DNA of 64,000 bases, from the sequence record phage_1; one strand, given 5' to 3'. Below, piece after piece: positions 1 through 10,245 of this stretch. A program made the position numbers and the translations under genes. Each line of letters begins with the position of its first letter. Within the stretch, counting starts at the first letter, position 1. The notes under the pieces are model-generated. The model did not search any database. It was given only the letters and a program-made list of their open reading frames with translations, and was not told the origin of the DNA.

Positions 1-5
1 ATTTT

Positions 6-1181
6 GTGCCGACTGTGGCTATCAAAGATACAGTCTTAACGGTACGAGACGCGCTACCTGCAATAAACGACGCATTGGGGCTTACATTAGTTGCTTCTGA
101 TTTGCAGTCACCTGACGCAAGTTTACCTAAACCGAGCGCTTCGCCGCAGACGTTGAAATTAAATATCTCAGGTAATTGCCCTGCGTTTACAGGCAGCTTA
201 ACGATACGTTATACCGTCCCGAGTGGTGCAATTTACCCCGATTCTGGACCTGGCCCTAAAACGTTGCTGCAAGGTAACACTATCGCGGGTTATTTCGGAA
301 CAACCACAATTGCAGAGTTGTTTACACACTCTCAACTTCTTAATGCCACTATATCGGCCGGTGCGTTACCACCGGTACATTCTGGTGCCGAAGGTTGGTA
401 CAAGTTCTTTTACCAGGGTAGGGTTATTTACCTCCCGATTAGTCCTGTCGCTAGCTCCATCTCCTGGAATACGTTATATACAAACGGACTCGTTTACGGA
501 ACAGACGATAATGGTAAATACCCTGCGGCGACGCCCGTTAACCAGGGACGCATCATTAGCTTTACAGGCGCAGACAACAAAAGGTTTTACTTCCGCGTTC
601 GTCTACCTAGTGCCGGGAAAGACCCATACGTCAGCGGCACCCCAACTGCCGCTGAGTTAGCAGGTAGTGAGTTTGAGATGTTCAACTTTCTGTATAATGG
701 AACGTGGGACAAACCGATTAACAGTTACTGGACGCTGTTCTGTTTATTGAAAGATACACTGAACACCAACGTCGCCAATCATCGCATGGCGACGTTGTCT
801 GGAGCCAGTTGGACAAACTTAGGAAAATCATCGAGCGCAGGCAACTACTACTGGTTCCCGGTGCTAGAGTTGGTGGATAAGTCCACAGTTACCTTGGGTT
901 TAGAAGATATCCATGGTGCGGTAGATTACAGTCTCCAACCGNNCAGNGTGTCCGCAGAAAANNCNTTTAGNCTCANNCCNTTGGTNCTCGGTAATCCAGA
1001 TACTACCGATTTCGAACCGGTAGTTGTTACTTCAGAAAACAGTTTCGCACNGCATCCGCCTGCTTTAATGCTGCCGAAGACAGTCGACTTCCAACCCATT
1101 GCGGCTACCGCTGAAATGTATACGCCACCCGACAAGACATCGTTAACGTCACTTAACGGTGAACTGGACGGCTTTAAGTAG
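6..1181 (+). CDS. Virion/tail-fibre-associated protein, paralog type A (probably 5'-truncated by window edge)
   Basis: Core motif YPDSGPGPKTLLQGNTIAGYFG shared with the next five genes; C-terminal NGELDGFK; frame open to window start. Confidence 0.65.
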   Translation: MPTVAIKDTVLTVRDALPAINDALGLTLVASDLQSPDASLPKPSASPQTLKLNISGNCPAFTGSLTIRYTVPSGAIYPDSGPGPKTLLQGNTIAGYFGTTTIAELFTHSQLLNATISAGALPPVHSGAEGWYKFFYQGRVIYLPISPVASSISWNTLYTNGLVYGTDDNGKYPAATPVNQGRIISFTGADNKRFYFRVRLPSAGKDPYVSGTPTAAELAGSEFEMFNFLYNGTWDKPINSYWTLFCLLKDTLNTNVANHRMATLSGASWTNLGKSSSAGNYYWFPVLELVDKSTVTLGLEDIHGAVDYSLQPXXVSAEXXFXLXXLXLGNPDTTDFEPVVVTSENSFAXHPPALMLPKTVDFQPIAATAEMYTPPDKTSLTSLNGELDGFK

Positions 1182-1192
1182 AGGTATCATCC

Positions 1193-2191
1193 ATGTCTTT
1201 TACTTTGCGTTGGAAAAATCCAAACGTAATCTCTACGGTAGTAAAAATCTACCGTGACGTTAAAGATATCACACCGAGCGCTTTGCCTGAACCGATTGCA
1301 ACGCTCTCAAATGGCGAGACAGAATGGCGTGATACCACCGCCGCACCAGGCGCAACCTATTATTACCTTCTGACGGTAACCGCCAACGGTAAAACAGTGG
1401 CATCGTCTAGCCAGAAATACACCATTGAGATAAAGCGTGGGATTGGCCCAATGACTATTCTAAACGGTAACGACCGTTTAGGGTTTATGGGTGCGGTTCC
1501 TTACGACGAACAATGGCTTCCGTCGCAAATGCCACCTGCATTTTTGGCGATGTTCCCTAATCTATTAACCGATCGTGTGGCGTTGTATAAATTTACCCGA
1601 AACGGGAAAATCTATTACATGCTATCTAACACGTCGCAGTTCCCGAATACGCCTGTGGACTGGGCTTCCCTCTATCAAGCTGGTTTAGTCTATGGTACGG
1701 GCGATGCTGGTCCAGAGAACGGCCATGGAACGCTACCGGCCACTCCACAAGACGCTAAGATAGTCCACAAAGGGGATACGTACATTATGCGTCTTCCTCG
1801 CGGCCTGACGACGTCTAGCGAGCCTCCTGCGTATCCTTTCGTAGCTGACTATAATGGGAAAACCCATGATGAAATCGCTTCTCTAACCAACCCGTGTGAG
1901 TATAACGATTTACTTTACACGATGGTTAACGAGGTGCCGAAGAAACAGCGTTGGGCTAACTGGGCAACGTACAGTTATAATTATCTGGGGCAGGGTACTT
2001 TGGGAACCTCGGCAACGTATTTCGGCGGTGGTGTTCTCTGTATGGAACACGACACCACGGAAGACCGTGTGCTCCATCGTGGTATTTTTAACAATGCCGG
2101 TGGAACACCCGTATCCGCGATTCAGCGTATAAACTATTTATCACCCACCACGAAAGGGCGTTACTACCCTATCTTTGAACTGGTTGAGTAA
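1193..2191 (+). CDS. Virion protein, paralog type B (FN3/Ig-like N-terminus plus GPGP-family domain)
   Basis: N-term LRWKNPN..KIYRD..ATL..W.D..YYY pattern; clear paralog of 4647..5636. Confidence 0.65.
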   Translation: MSFTLRWKNPNVISTVVKIYRDVKDITPSALPEPIATLSNGETEWRDTTAAPGATYYYLLTVTANGKTVASSSQKYTIEIKRGIGPMTILNGNDRLGFMGAVPYDEQWLPSQMPPAFLAMFPNLLTDRVALYKFTRNGKIYYMLSNTSQFPNTPVDWASLYQAGLVYGTGDAGPENGHGTLPATPQDAKIVHKGDTYIMRLPRGLTTSSEPPAYPFVADYNGKTHDEIASLTNPCEYNDLLYTMVNEVPKKQRWANWATYSYNYLGQGTLGTSATYFGGGVLCMEHDTTEDRVLHRGIFNNAGGTPVSAIQRINYLSPTTKGRYYPIFELVE

Positions 2192-2200
2192 GGGGCAGTC

Positions 2201-3124
2201 ATGACTATACGGTTAAGCTGGCCGTCTCAAGCCAGTAAAGGTCTTACCGCGATTGAAATCTATCGCAAAGAAGGCTGGAACGCAACTATAGACGTTTACA
2301 ATCCAGGCACGCCCCACGCAACTTTATCTGGCAACGCGGTAGAGTTTGTAGATAATATCGATACCCTGACGAAGAATACAACCTATCGTTACTGGGTAGC
2401 TGCTGTAAAAGACAGTGAACGACTTATCGGCAATCCGATTACGCAAGGATTCTATCCGGACACCGGGCCGGGTCCGCAAACTATTTTGCGTGGTGACTGG
2501 GCTTCAGGTTATTTCGGTACAGTACCGAATACAGAGTTCTTTAATACAGCCGAGTTAAAACTCATGTTAACTGCGCAGCAGGGAAACATGTTTATCTACG
2601 ACCCTCAGGAATGGCACAAGTTTATTTTCCGTGGGCGAATTGTGTTCTTCCCAGCGTCGATGCATTCGAAAACCAACTCGGTACAAATGGCGTATCAGTA
2701 CGGTATGATGTACGGGACCGATGATGTCGGAAGTATTGTTCCGCTGGGAGCCACGGCCACCAAACAAGATTGTAAGGTCACGAAGGATGGTCGTACGTAC
2801 CGTATCCGGTTACCTTACGCAGTCCCGTACGATGCGACTCTCTCAGGACAGGATTACAACAACGGCGAATGGCGAAACACAATGGGCCGTTTGTATCCTG
2901 TCAGTGCACAGTTCCCAGCCCTTGGTCTTGGTGCCATCGATTCAATACCGGCGCAAGGTTCAACTTCCCAGCCTAACGAAACAGGTGCTGCTGCATTAGC
3001 CCCTTTATGGAGCAACAACATTTTCGCTTATGCGTACGGTTATGCGCCTATAGGGATTAGTAACACCTCAGGTGTCGGGAACTCGACCACGATGTTCTTT
3101 GCTTTTGAATTAGTCTTACCGTAA
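2201..3124 (+). CDS. Virion protein, paralog type C (FN3/Ig-like N-terminus plus GPGP-family domain)
   Basis: IEIYRK..ATL.G.A..F.D..NTTYRYW.AAVKD.ER; YPDTGPGPQTILRGDWASGYFG; paralog of 5639..6538. Confidence 0.65.
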   Translation: MTIRLSWPSQASKGLTAIEIYRKEGWNATIDVYNPGTPHATLSGNAVEFVDNIDTLTKNTTYRYWVAAVKDSERLIGNPITQGFYPDTGPGPQTILRGDWASGYFGTVPNTEFFNTAELKLMLTAQQGNMFIYDPQEWHKFIFRGRIVFFPASMHSKTNSVQMAYQYGMMYGTDDVGSIVPLGATATKQDCKVTKDGRTYRIRLPYAVPYDATLSGQDYNNGEWRNTMGRLYPVSAQFPALGLGAIDSIPAQGSTSQPNETGAAALAPLWSNNIFAYAYGYAPIGISNTSGVGNSTTMFFAFELVLP

Positions 3125-3137
3125 CGGAGTAAAAGCC

Positions 3138-4634
3138 ATGGGGTTGTATACAGAACCTTCAATGGAACTGCTCTGCCAACAAATTGTGCGTGACAATCCC
3201 GGTTTAGCAGGAAAAATCACCGCTGACTCCATTGGGGTCAGGGGNGTTCCTGTTGCGAAAAACGTTAACGGACGAAACACACAGATTACGTTGGTAGGAA
3301 AACCCGGTAAAGGATTTGCTGGGGAAATAACGGTATATTACGACCGGTTGAATCTGGCCAGTCTATTTAAGTCTGGCCCAAATATGGTGAGTATTCCACG
3401 TAGCGNACAAACCCATGCGGAAGNGTTACCGGCGTTCAATGAATTGAACGGGTTNAACTTAACCGCGAGTGATATCACCAGTCCAAACGTTGCATTAATG
3501 AAATACGCTACGCCGGAAACTGTAACTCTGACGGCGCACGCTAACTCCTTGTGTTATACCGGGTCATGCAAGATGACCTATGTTTACGAACCGATTGCGA
3601 TGTATCCGAAGTCGGGTCCTGGGCCAAAAGGATTAATGGCTGGTAATGAGTTATACGGATTCTTTGGGCTGGTAAGCGCGGAAGAGTTATTCACATCTGA
3701 TGAAATGGTGTATGCCCTCTATAACGGCACCACCTGGCCTAACCGCTACGCTATCAAGTGGCTCAAATTCTTTCTGAATGGGGNGGTAGTGTTTGTTCCG
3801 ACCCGTGCGNTTTGCAACGTTACCTGGGCAGACCTGTACAACAAGGGTGCAATATTTGATTCCGGAGACGCAGGACCTCGCCCGAAGTCGACTTACACAC
3901 CTGTCGATGTTGAACAGTTGAAATACATGGTAAAACGGGATGATGAAGGAACGCATTATTTCAGAATGTCTATCCCGTATTACACCGAGAACGCCGCCGC
4001 GCCTGATTGGAGTAAACCGCCGTCAATCACCTCTATCCTGTCACTGACCAGCAAATTGGGGTCGGTGAACGTATATGGGGAGTGGGGAACTCTTAGCACG
4101 ACTGATGCTAACTTCCTGGATTACGTGTGGTTACGACACCAGTTCGGTGCCGACCAAGCGTATTACCAGTCTATCAGTGGGAGCTATCGTTCATACACCT
4201 ACATCTACACCTCTTCTGGCTTTTGGCCAATCCTGGAGATGTTTGATGTTGCCAATGAACCTGTGCCGTTGATTGACGAAGGTGCAGAATTAACATGGGC
4301 ACCGTCCGTGGTTACTCTGACGGACATCGACCAAAATGAATCGCTTCGTGTGGTGCCTATTACGGAAACCTCCGCTGCAGCGAATCCACGTCCGTTAGTT
4401 TTCAACACCGACAACACCGAAACTGCCACCCCTGCCTGGGTGCGGGAAACGTCATCAGACTCACCACGTCCTCTGCTTGCCACGACGGACAATGATGAAC
4501 GTGCATATTCCGTCGCGGTAACAGGCATGGCTAGCGTTAAGATTAGACCGATTATTCTCACGACTGACCAAATCGCCCAACCTTCAAAAATTACTCTGGG
4601 CGATACTAACGGTGAGTTGGATGGATTCCAATAA
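3138..4634 (+). CDS. Virion/tail-fibre-associated protein, paralog type A'
   Basis: N-term RNTQITLVG..GKGFAGEITVYYDRLNL shared with 6629..7948; YPKSGPGPKGLMAGNELYGFFG; PRPL..TDN.E repeats; C-term NGELDGFQ. Confidence 0.7.
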   Translation: MGLYTEPSMELLCQQIVRDNPGLAGKITADSIGVRXVPVAKNVNGRNTQITLVGKPGKGFAGEITVYYDRLNLASLFKSGPNMVSIPRSXQTHAEXLPAFNELNGXNLTASDITSPNVALMKYATPETVTLTAHANSLCYTGSCKMTYVYEPIAMYPKSGPGPKGLMAGNELYGFFGLVSAEELFTSDEMVYALYNGTTWPNRYAIKWLKFFLNGXVVFVPTRAXCNVTWADLYNKGAIFDSGDAGPRPKSTYTPVDVEQLKYMVKRDDEGTHYFRMSIPYYTENAAAPDWSKPPSITSILSLTSKLGSVNVYGEWGTLSTTDANFLDYVWLRHQFGADQAYYQSISGSYRSYTYIYTSSGFWPILEMFDVANEPVPLIDEGAELTWAPSVVTLTDIDQNESLRVVPITETSAAANPRPLVFNTDNTETATPAWVRETSSDSPRPLLATTDNDERAYSVAVTGMASVKIRPIILTTDQIAQPSKITLGDTNGELDGFQ

Positions 4635-4646
4635 GAGGTAACGACA

Positions 4647-5636
4647 ATGGCTTTTACAATTCGTTGGNCGAACAATAACCCTGGGGCTTCGACCGTGAAG
4701 CTGTACCGCGACACCAAACCTCTGGTGCGTACGGCATTACCTGAACCCCTGGCAACGTTCACTAACGGGGAAACTGAGTATACTGACCGAACAGCGATAC
4801 TGGGGACAACGTATTACTACATGACCACTGTGACAGTGGGAAGCCGAACACTGTTCAGTCCGCAGAAATCAATTCTAATTCAGAACCGTCGCGGTATCGG
4901 CATCGTGGCTCCACAGTACGGTGATGACCGCTTTGCGTATTACGGGTACGTGGCGTACGGNGAATTACCTAGNGCGGGNGATTTTCCGCCAGGGTTTGNG
5001 GCCCTTTCTGGATACGACCCAACTGTTAAGCCGGGCTTGATGAAGTTCCAGCTAGACGGTAAAATTCTGTATCTGTTTAGTGGTCTTCGTGTGAACGGCA
5101 ACACGCTGTATAGCCGTGATGCGATTTATAACGCGGGTTTGCTGTACGGTGTGGCGGGACCTGGTCCGGAAGGCGGTCATGGCGATTTACCTGACGTTGA
5201 CCAGGCTGGGGAGTTTACGTGGTTGGGTGACCGCTATCGGATGCGCCTGCTGCGCGGTTTAACACTCGACAGTGAAAGCCCGGTCATGACACTCGATGCA
5301 CAGTGGGACGGTAAACTCCATGACGCGTCACCGTATACTGCCGATAGCGAATACAACCGACTCATCTATGGGATAAGTAGCTGGTTCCCAGAAAAGAAAA
5401 AAGTGATGTCCCTGATAAAGTGGTCGAACTCCAGCATATTTGGAAATGGATNNNTGGTGGCAGGCCGTGGGGCGCATTGTCAGGAGTTTGACCCAGAACN
5501 TAAGTTGGGGCTGACGCGCGGATTGGCGGCGGTGGATTCCACTGATACCGTGGATAACCTCCAGCGTATACAACATGTCCCTGGTGCGACCGTGGGCGGT
5601 ATTTGGATTCCAGTAATCGAGCTTATCGAGGATTAA
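4647..5636 (+). CDS. Virion protein, paralog type B'
   Basis: Colinear similarity to 1193..2191 (FTIRW.N, KLYRD.K..LPEP.AT..NGETE, GP.GGHG.LP, EYN.L.Y). Confidence 0.65.
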   Translation: MAFTIRWXNNNPGASTVKLYRDTKPLVRTALPEPLATFTNGETEYTDRTAILGTTYYYMTTVTVGSRTLFSPQKSILIQNRRGIGIVAPQYGDDRFAYYGYVAYXELPXAXDFPPGFXALSGYDPTVKPGLMKFQLDGKILYLFSGLRVNGNTLYSRDAIYNAGLLYGVAGPGPEGGHGDLPDVDQAGEFTWLGDRYRMRLLRGLTLDSESPVMTLDAQWDGKLHDASPYTADSEYNRLIYGISSWFPEKKKVMSLIKWSNSSIFGNGXXVAGRGAHCQEFDPEXKLGLTRGLAAVDSTDTVDNLQRIQHVPGATVGGIWIPVIELIED

Positions 5637-5638
5637 TC

Positions 5639-6538
5639 ATGCCTATTACATTACACTTTGCACAACGGAAGCCACAGGCGCTCGATAACATCGAAATCTA
5701 TCGCAAGACGCCGGGCAACGCCACAATTGATGTTAATGCACCGGGAACGCCTCTGGCAACCCTTCCGGGTGACGCTACATCGTACGAAGACAACGCTGTG
5801 GAAAACAACACCACTTACCGTTATTGGATAGCTGCGGTTAAAGACGGTGAGCGTGTCTTCAANACCCCNNCCNCCCAAGGGTTTTTTTTANACNCCGGGN
5901 CNGGCCCCCANAAANTGTTATACGGNGNCNGGCACNCNGGATACTTTGGAANANNAACNCCAGNAGANTTATTCACTAACACGGAACTGAACGGCCTCGT
6001 GGTGAATATGTTCAGTTCCGCCGTTGGTGCCTGGCATAAATTCATTTACAAAAACCGTATTCTGTTTATGTCCGATAACTCGATAATAAACGCTAGCCCG
6101 CAGTTCATTTATAACCAGGGGATGATGTACGGCCAGGATGGCAATGGATATGTACCGGGCTGGGCTACTGCACGTAACCAACGGCGCACGGTGACGAAAA
6201 ACGGTTACGAATACGTGGTGCGCTTGCCGTATTTGTTCGACTACAAATTCTGGACGTCTTACGTTGGAAGCGGTAACACTGAGTTGTATCTCGACGGTGA
6301 GTGGTTTAACACCTTCGCGCGCCTGTACAACNACAGGGGGCGGTTTCCGCGCTTTTACGAACTTCCGGTCGGTTCAATCGATTCGGTTACTGCCCAACAA
6401 TCTGCATTCTTTGCGGCTATGAATAACACGTCCAGTCAGTGGTACAACCGTCCACCTTACCCTGAGTCGCCGTCGTGGAGTAACTACGGTACCACTACAA
6501 TACGCTCCATTGCGGTACTTGAACTCGTTCTGCCTTAA
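5639..6538 (+). CDS. Virion protein, paralog type C'
   Basis: Colinear similarity to 2201..3124; start moved to MPITLHF; N-rich patch near 5860-5970. Confidence 0.65.
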   Translation: MPITLHFAQRKPQALDNIEIYRKTPGNATIDVNAPGTPLATLPGDATSYEDNAVENNTTYRYWIAAVKDGERVFXTXXXQGFFLXXGXGPXKXLYXXXHXGYFGXXXPXXLFTNTELNGLVVNMFSSAVGAWHKFIYKNRILFMSDNSIINASPQFIYNQGMMYGQDGNGYVPGWATARNQRRTVTKNGYEYVVRLPYLFDYKFWTSYVGSGNTELYLDGEWFNTFARLYNXRGRFPRFYELPVGSIDSVTAQQSAFFAAMNNTSSQWYNRPPYPESPSWSNYGTTTIRSIAVLELVLP

Positions 6539-6583
6539 CAGGAGACTTCATGGGATNGNATAGCGNACTTCACCATAACAGCT

Positions 6584-6617
6584 AAAAATAGGCCCTTCAG
6601 GGCCTATTTTCTTTTTT
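6584..6617 (+). terminator. Rho-independent terminator
   Basis: AAAAATAGGCCC-TTCA-GGGCCTATTTT followed by T-run. Confidence 0.75.
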
Positions 6618-6628
6618 AGGACGTTGCA

Positions 6629-7948
6629 ATGATCAACTATAACAAACCTGTCATGCAGCTGGTTTGGGATCAGATTAATCGTGATAACCCGCAGCTCAAG
6701 AAACCACTCAACGCAACCAACGTGGCGTTATTACAAGGTCCTTTAACCAATGCCTTGCGCGATGGCCGCAACAGCCGTATAGTGGTAAACGGATTACAGG
6801 GTGGCGGTTACAGCGGTAAGATGGACATCTACTACGACCGCTTAAACCTTTCGCAGTATTTTAAAGGCGTCAGCGTACCGGTTAAAGTACCTTATCGGGC
6901 GACGTCCTACCGCGACATCATCGACCGGATTTCCGCAGCTTGTGGGCTGGTGCTTACTGCTGACGATTTAACGTATCCTGACAGCCAGTTTGCAATGATC
7001 ACTGTGGCAACGGGCGATCGGACGGTGGCGATTAAATCGGATAACCCCGCATTCACGGGTCACATTCCTATTAGCTTTATTCGTGAAGAGCCCAGCTTTG
7101 CCGACTTGTACCACACCACCGAAACCGGAGCTTGGGAACCCATGGATGTTTACAGCACGGTCTATCGACTCGACTGGAGCATGTACACCCAACAGATAAT
7201 CAATATCCCGATGGGTACCCCGCTGCGACTAAACAGTAACTCGTACATGACCCAGTTCATCGCGGCGCTGTCGGCATGGTCGGGCATCCCGTTCACTATC
7301 GGTAATGCTGCTACTGATAACCCGTATGACCTCTATGGGTATGTCGCTACACGCAATAACAACCCAGGCTTAGACCCTGATATGCGTGGGGAGTACAATT
7401 ACTGCGTGAAGTTGACGCCACCTGAGGATATGGGTAATCTCCGCCGTCCGTTCTTCTTGCACTTTGGTCCGAAAAATAACGTGGCCNATTTGGCGCAGGA
7501 AAAGGANGNCGAACGTTATGCGCGTTACATGAGGTTCCGGGAAACCAGCCCAAATTCGATGAGCGTCACGTTGTATCAAAACGAGTACGTGTTGACTCGG
7601 GCAGAATCGCCTGAAACTGCGGATGATTTAACGGGTTCCCCGTATGGCACTCGATACTGTACCGGGAGTATTCGACGGCTGATGCAACACGCGTTTCCGA
7701 CCGAAGAGATGTTCCAAGAAAGTATTGCTAACCGGCGTCGGGTACTGTACCACACTGCTTACACCACCACGACATCAGCTATTACTTACCAGGGACTATA
7801 CCGTAACGGATACCAATCCAAACAAATGACGAGCCTCTACTCGAATTACTGTAACTATTTCATCTATTACGACCCAAGCAAAGGCGGCTATATGGTCTAC
7901 AGTCCATATAGCAAAACCGCCCCGGTCCCTTGGTATCCACCGCTATAG
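6629..7948 (+). CDS. Tail-fibre-family virion protein
   Basis: N-term RNSRIVVNG..GGGYSGKMDIYYDRLNL shared with 3138..4634; C-term motif shared with 7963..10131. Confidence 0.65.
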   Translation: MINYNKPVMQLVWDQINRDNPQLKKPLNATNVALLQGPLTNALRDGRNSRIVVNGLQGGGYSGKMDIYYDRLNLSQYFKGVSVPVKVPYRATSYRDIIDRISAACGLVLTADDLTYPDSQFAMITVATGDRTVAIKSDNPAFTGHIPISFIREEPSFADLYHTTETGAWEPMDVYSTVYRLDWSMYTQQIINIPMGTPLRLNSNSYMTQFIAALSAWSGIPFTIGNAATDNPYDLYGYVATRNNNPGLDPDMRGEYNYCVKLTPPEDMGNLRRPFFLHFGPKNNVAXLAQEKXXERYARYMRFRETSPNSMSVTLYQNEYVLTRAESPETADDLTGSPYGTRYCTGSIRRLMQHAFPTEEMFQESIANRRRVLYHTAYTTTTSAITYQGLYRNGYQSKQMTSLYSNYCNYFIYYDPSKGGYMVYSPYSKTAPVPWYPPL

Positions 7949-7962
7949 ACTAAGGTGTCACC

Positions 7963-10131
7963 ATGTCCTACACTCCTGATTTAGTGGCGACCNTGATTCG
8001 GTCGCTCAACCGTAAAAACGCGGTCGCCAAAGCAGTAGACCCCGCTAACGTTCGCCTGGTGTCCGTGGAGCATCGTGACGAAAAAACCCTAGACGTCACA
8101 CTGACAGGGGGTCCGGGGTATTCAAGTTACGGTCAAATTACGGCCCAAGTGACGAAGCAAAATATTGCTGATTATTTCGCTAAGGTTAAGTTGGATGCCA
8201 TTCCCACCTGTGCATCCATCCACGAGCTGTTGCCGCATTTAGACACTCTACTAGGGATTACCTTTTTAACCGACGACTTTGAAGACCTGCCTATCACTTG
8301 GACAAACAATGCTGCGCGCATCACGTTCCAGGCGAAACAGACAAGTCTTATCTGGTACGGCAGCCAAACGCTAGATGTGATAAACGGTGACGTGGATATC
8401 AACACTGTCTACACTGTTACCAATATCATTCTCACGCTAAAGGCTGCGAATAAACAGCAGTGGATTAACTTCTACTCTAATGCAGCCAAACGGATCGTGG
8501 ATCTTGATAAAGTCGATGTCAGCGCCCCGATGTCCCCGGAGGATATAGGCCAAACCTCTGCGTATAACAGCGTCGTGGCTTTGACCGCTAGACCGGGGAG
8601 CGGGATGTTTGGAACGAAGTATGTGTTCTTCTCACGTAACAAACTCGAGACATATGCAGGCAAAACCACATACGTCCCGGATGATTTCACCGGTAGCCTG
8701 CACGATGCTCTGGCCATCGAGACACTCGGCATTCGGAGCGTTTTTGATGTAAACGAAATTGCTCCTGTAGAGAACCTGGCAGGCGAGTGGCCGAGACAAG
8801 TGCAATTGGCACCCGTAGAGGGTTCGTACAAAGTCATGGGCAGCGCCACGTTGAATGTGGCACGCTATCAAGATAACGAGCAAACCCTTAACCTGAACTA
8901 CACAACTACGTCGCAAGTTTCGGACAGCTACTGGGCCACGACGTTGACCAACCATGCGGCGTGCGGGCGTTTGTTTNTTAACGTGACCGTAGANGNGGGG
9001 GNTTTNGTTTTTCGCNCCAACAACCTAAAACCGACGTTCGTTATCGACGAATTGCCGCAAATTGGCGAGGTGGTTTGGAACTTCGTTAACCGGGGAACCA
9101 TTCTTGGTCGNGGTGGTTCGGGTATGGTCTATTCTCTGCCTGCGAACACATCAGCAGACGGAGCTGACGCAATCCACATTACCGATACCTTCCGCGGCAA
9201 AGTCACCATCGAAAACTACGGCACCATCGCCGGAGGTGGGGGTGGGGGCGACTACTATGCGTTTACCACCNCCAAGNTCGGTGGAGCTGGTGGTGCGCCT
9301 CTCGGGCCAGGCGCGGCGGTACCCAGCGGCACCAATAACCGTAACGGCTTAGCTGGGTCCCGTGACAAAGGCGGTGCTACCCAGTTAGTCGTCGCACAAT
9401 TTACCGGCTACCAGAGTCGCNACTATGGCGGTCCTGGTGGCGATTGGGGCCAGCCGGGACGATATACAGCGTTCGAGCAATGGAACACCCCGGCTACCGG
9501 CTCGCCGGTCTATGTCTACGGTCGTGAAGACGGGATGTCATGGACTCGCCCTGGGATGGCAGGCGAAGCCGTCGGTGGGAATAAAAGTATCGTCAACNGG
9601 GTATCCNTCGNAACGGGGAAACCNAATTTCACCNACGAGTACCAANAGTTCCNCNNCNACCNCNCAGATTTAGATNCCAACCGATTGGCCAGTGCGGATG
9701 GGATAGATAAAGTCACCGACCCAACCAAACCTGTAGTTGTGGAGTTCTTAGGTACGATTATTTCAGGTACGCTNTTCAAAAAGCAAAACATACCCGGCGG
9801 TTTGGTGGGAACACCATACGGCGATGCTGTAGCCAACTTACCGAGCACCACATTGTTTGGTATCATGGCACACTGTGTATCGGAGTTTGATATTGTGCAC
9901 GACACTTGGCGTTACAACCGTGCGGTAATGTTCACCCTAAAACCCNCNCCTACCGGGGCGATTGGCCTCGCTGTGGAACGCAACCGGGTGAAATCGGCTA
10001 CCAGTAGTACACCGGTGGAGAGGTTCTATGTCGATCGCTTCGTGTATTACGATGCGTATCTCGGTAAAATGATGGAATGTAATCCGTATACCAAATCTGC
10101 CCCTAAACCGTGGGTGCGGCCAACGATATGA
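7963..10131 (+). CDS. Tail fibre with internal T-even gp38-like glycine-rich adhesin domain
   Basis: Two N-terminal family domains, then GTILG.GGSG..DGADAIHI..KVTIENYGTIAGGGGGG..GGAGGAPLGPG..GGPGGDWGQPG..GMAGEAVGGN, matching the gp38 polyglycine pattern. Confidence 0.65.
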   Translation: MSYTPDLVATXIRSLNRKNAVAKAVDPANVRLVSVEHRDEKTLDVTLTGGPGYSSYGQITAQVTKQNIADYFAKVKLDAIPTCASIHELLPHLDTLLGITFLTDDFEDLPITWTNNAARITFQAKQTSLIWYGSQTLDVINGDVDINTVYTVTNIILTLKAANKQQWINFYSNAAKRIVDLDKVDVSAPMSPEDIGQTSAYNSVVALTARPGSGMFGTKYVFFSRNKLETYAGKTTYVPDDFTGSLHDALAIETLGIRSVFDVNEIAPVENLAGEWPRQVQLAPVEGSYKVMGSATLNVARYQDNEQTLNLNYTTTSQVSDSYWATTLTNHAACGRLFXNVTVXXGXXVFRXNNLKPTFVIDELPQIGEVVWNFVNRGTILGXGGSGMVYSLPANTSADGADAIHITDTFRGKVTIENYGTIAGGGGGGDYYAFTTXKXGGAGGAPLGPGAAVPSGTNNRNGLAGSRDKGGATQLVVAQFTGYQSRXYGGPGGDWGQPGRYTAFEQWNTPATGSPVYVYGREDGMSWTRPGMAGEAVGGNKSIVNXVSXXTGKXNFTXEYQXFXXXXXDLDXNRLASADGIDKVTDPTKPVVVEFLGTIISGTXFKKQNIPGGLVGTPYGDAVANLPSTTLFGIMAHCVSEFDIVHDTWRYNRAVMFTLKPXPTGAIGLAVERNRVKSATSSTPVERFYVDRFVYYDAYLGKMMECNPYTKSAPKPWVRPTI

Positions 10132-10245
10132 TTATCGTAATTTAACGNGGAACTTGNCGGGTTTAAANCCNGAANANAACCCNNNCCCNNTTCCCCNCGG
10201 GGAAGNGGNTTTNTTTTTATGACCCTATCAACTCAGGAGGTTATC

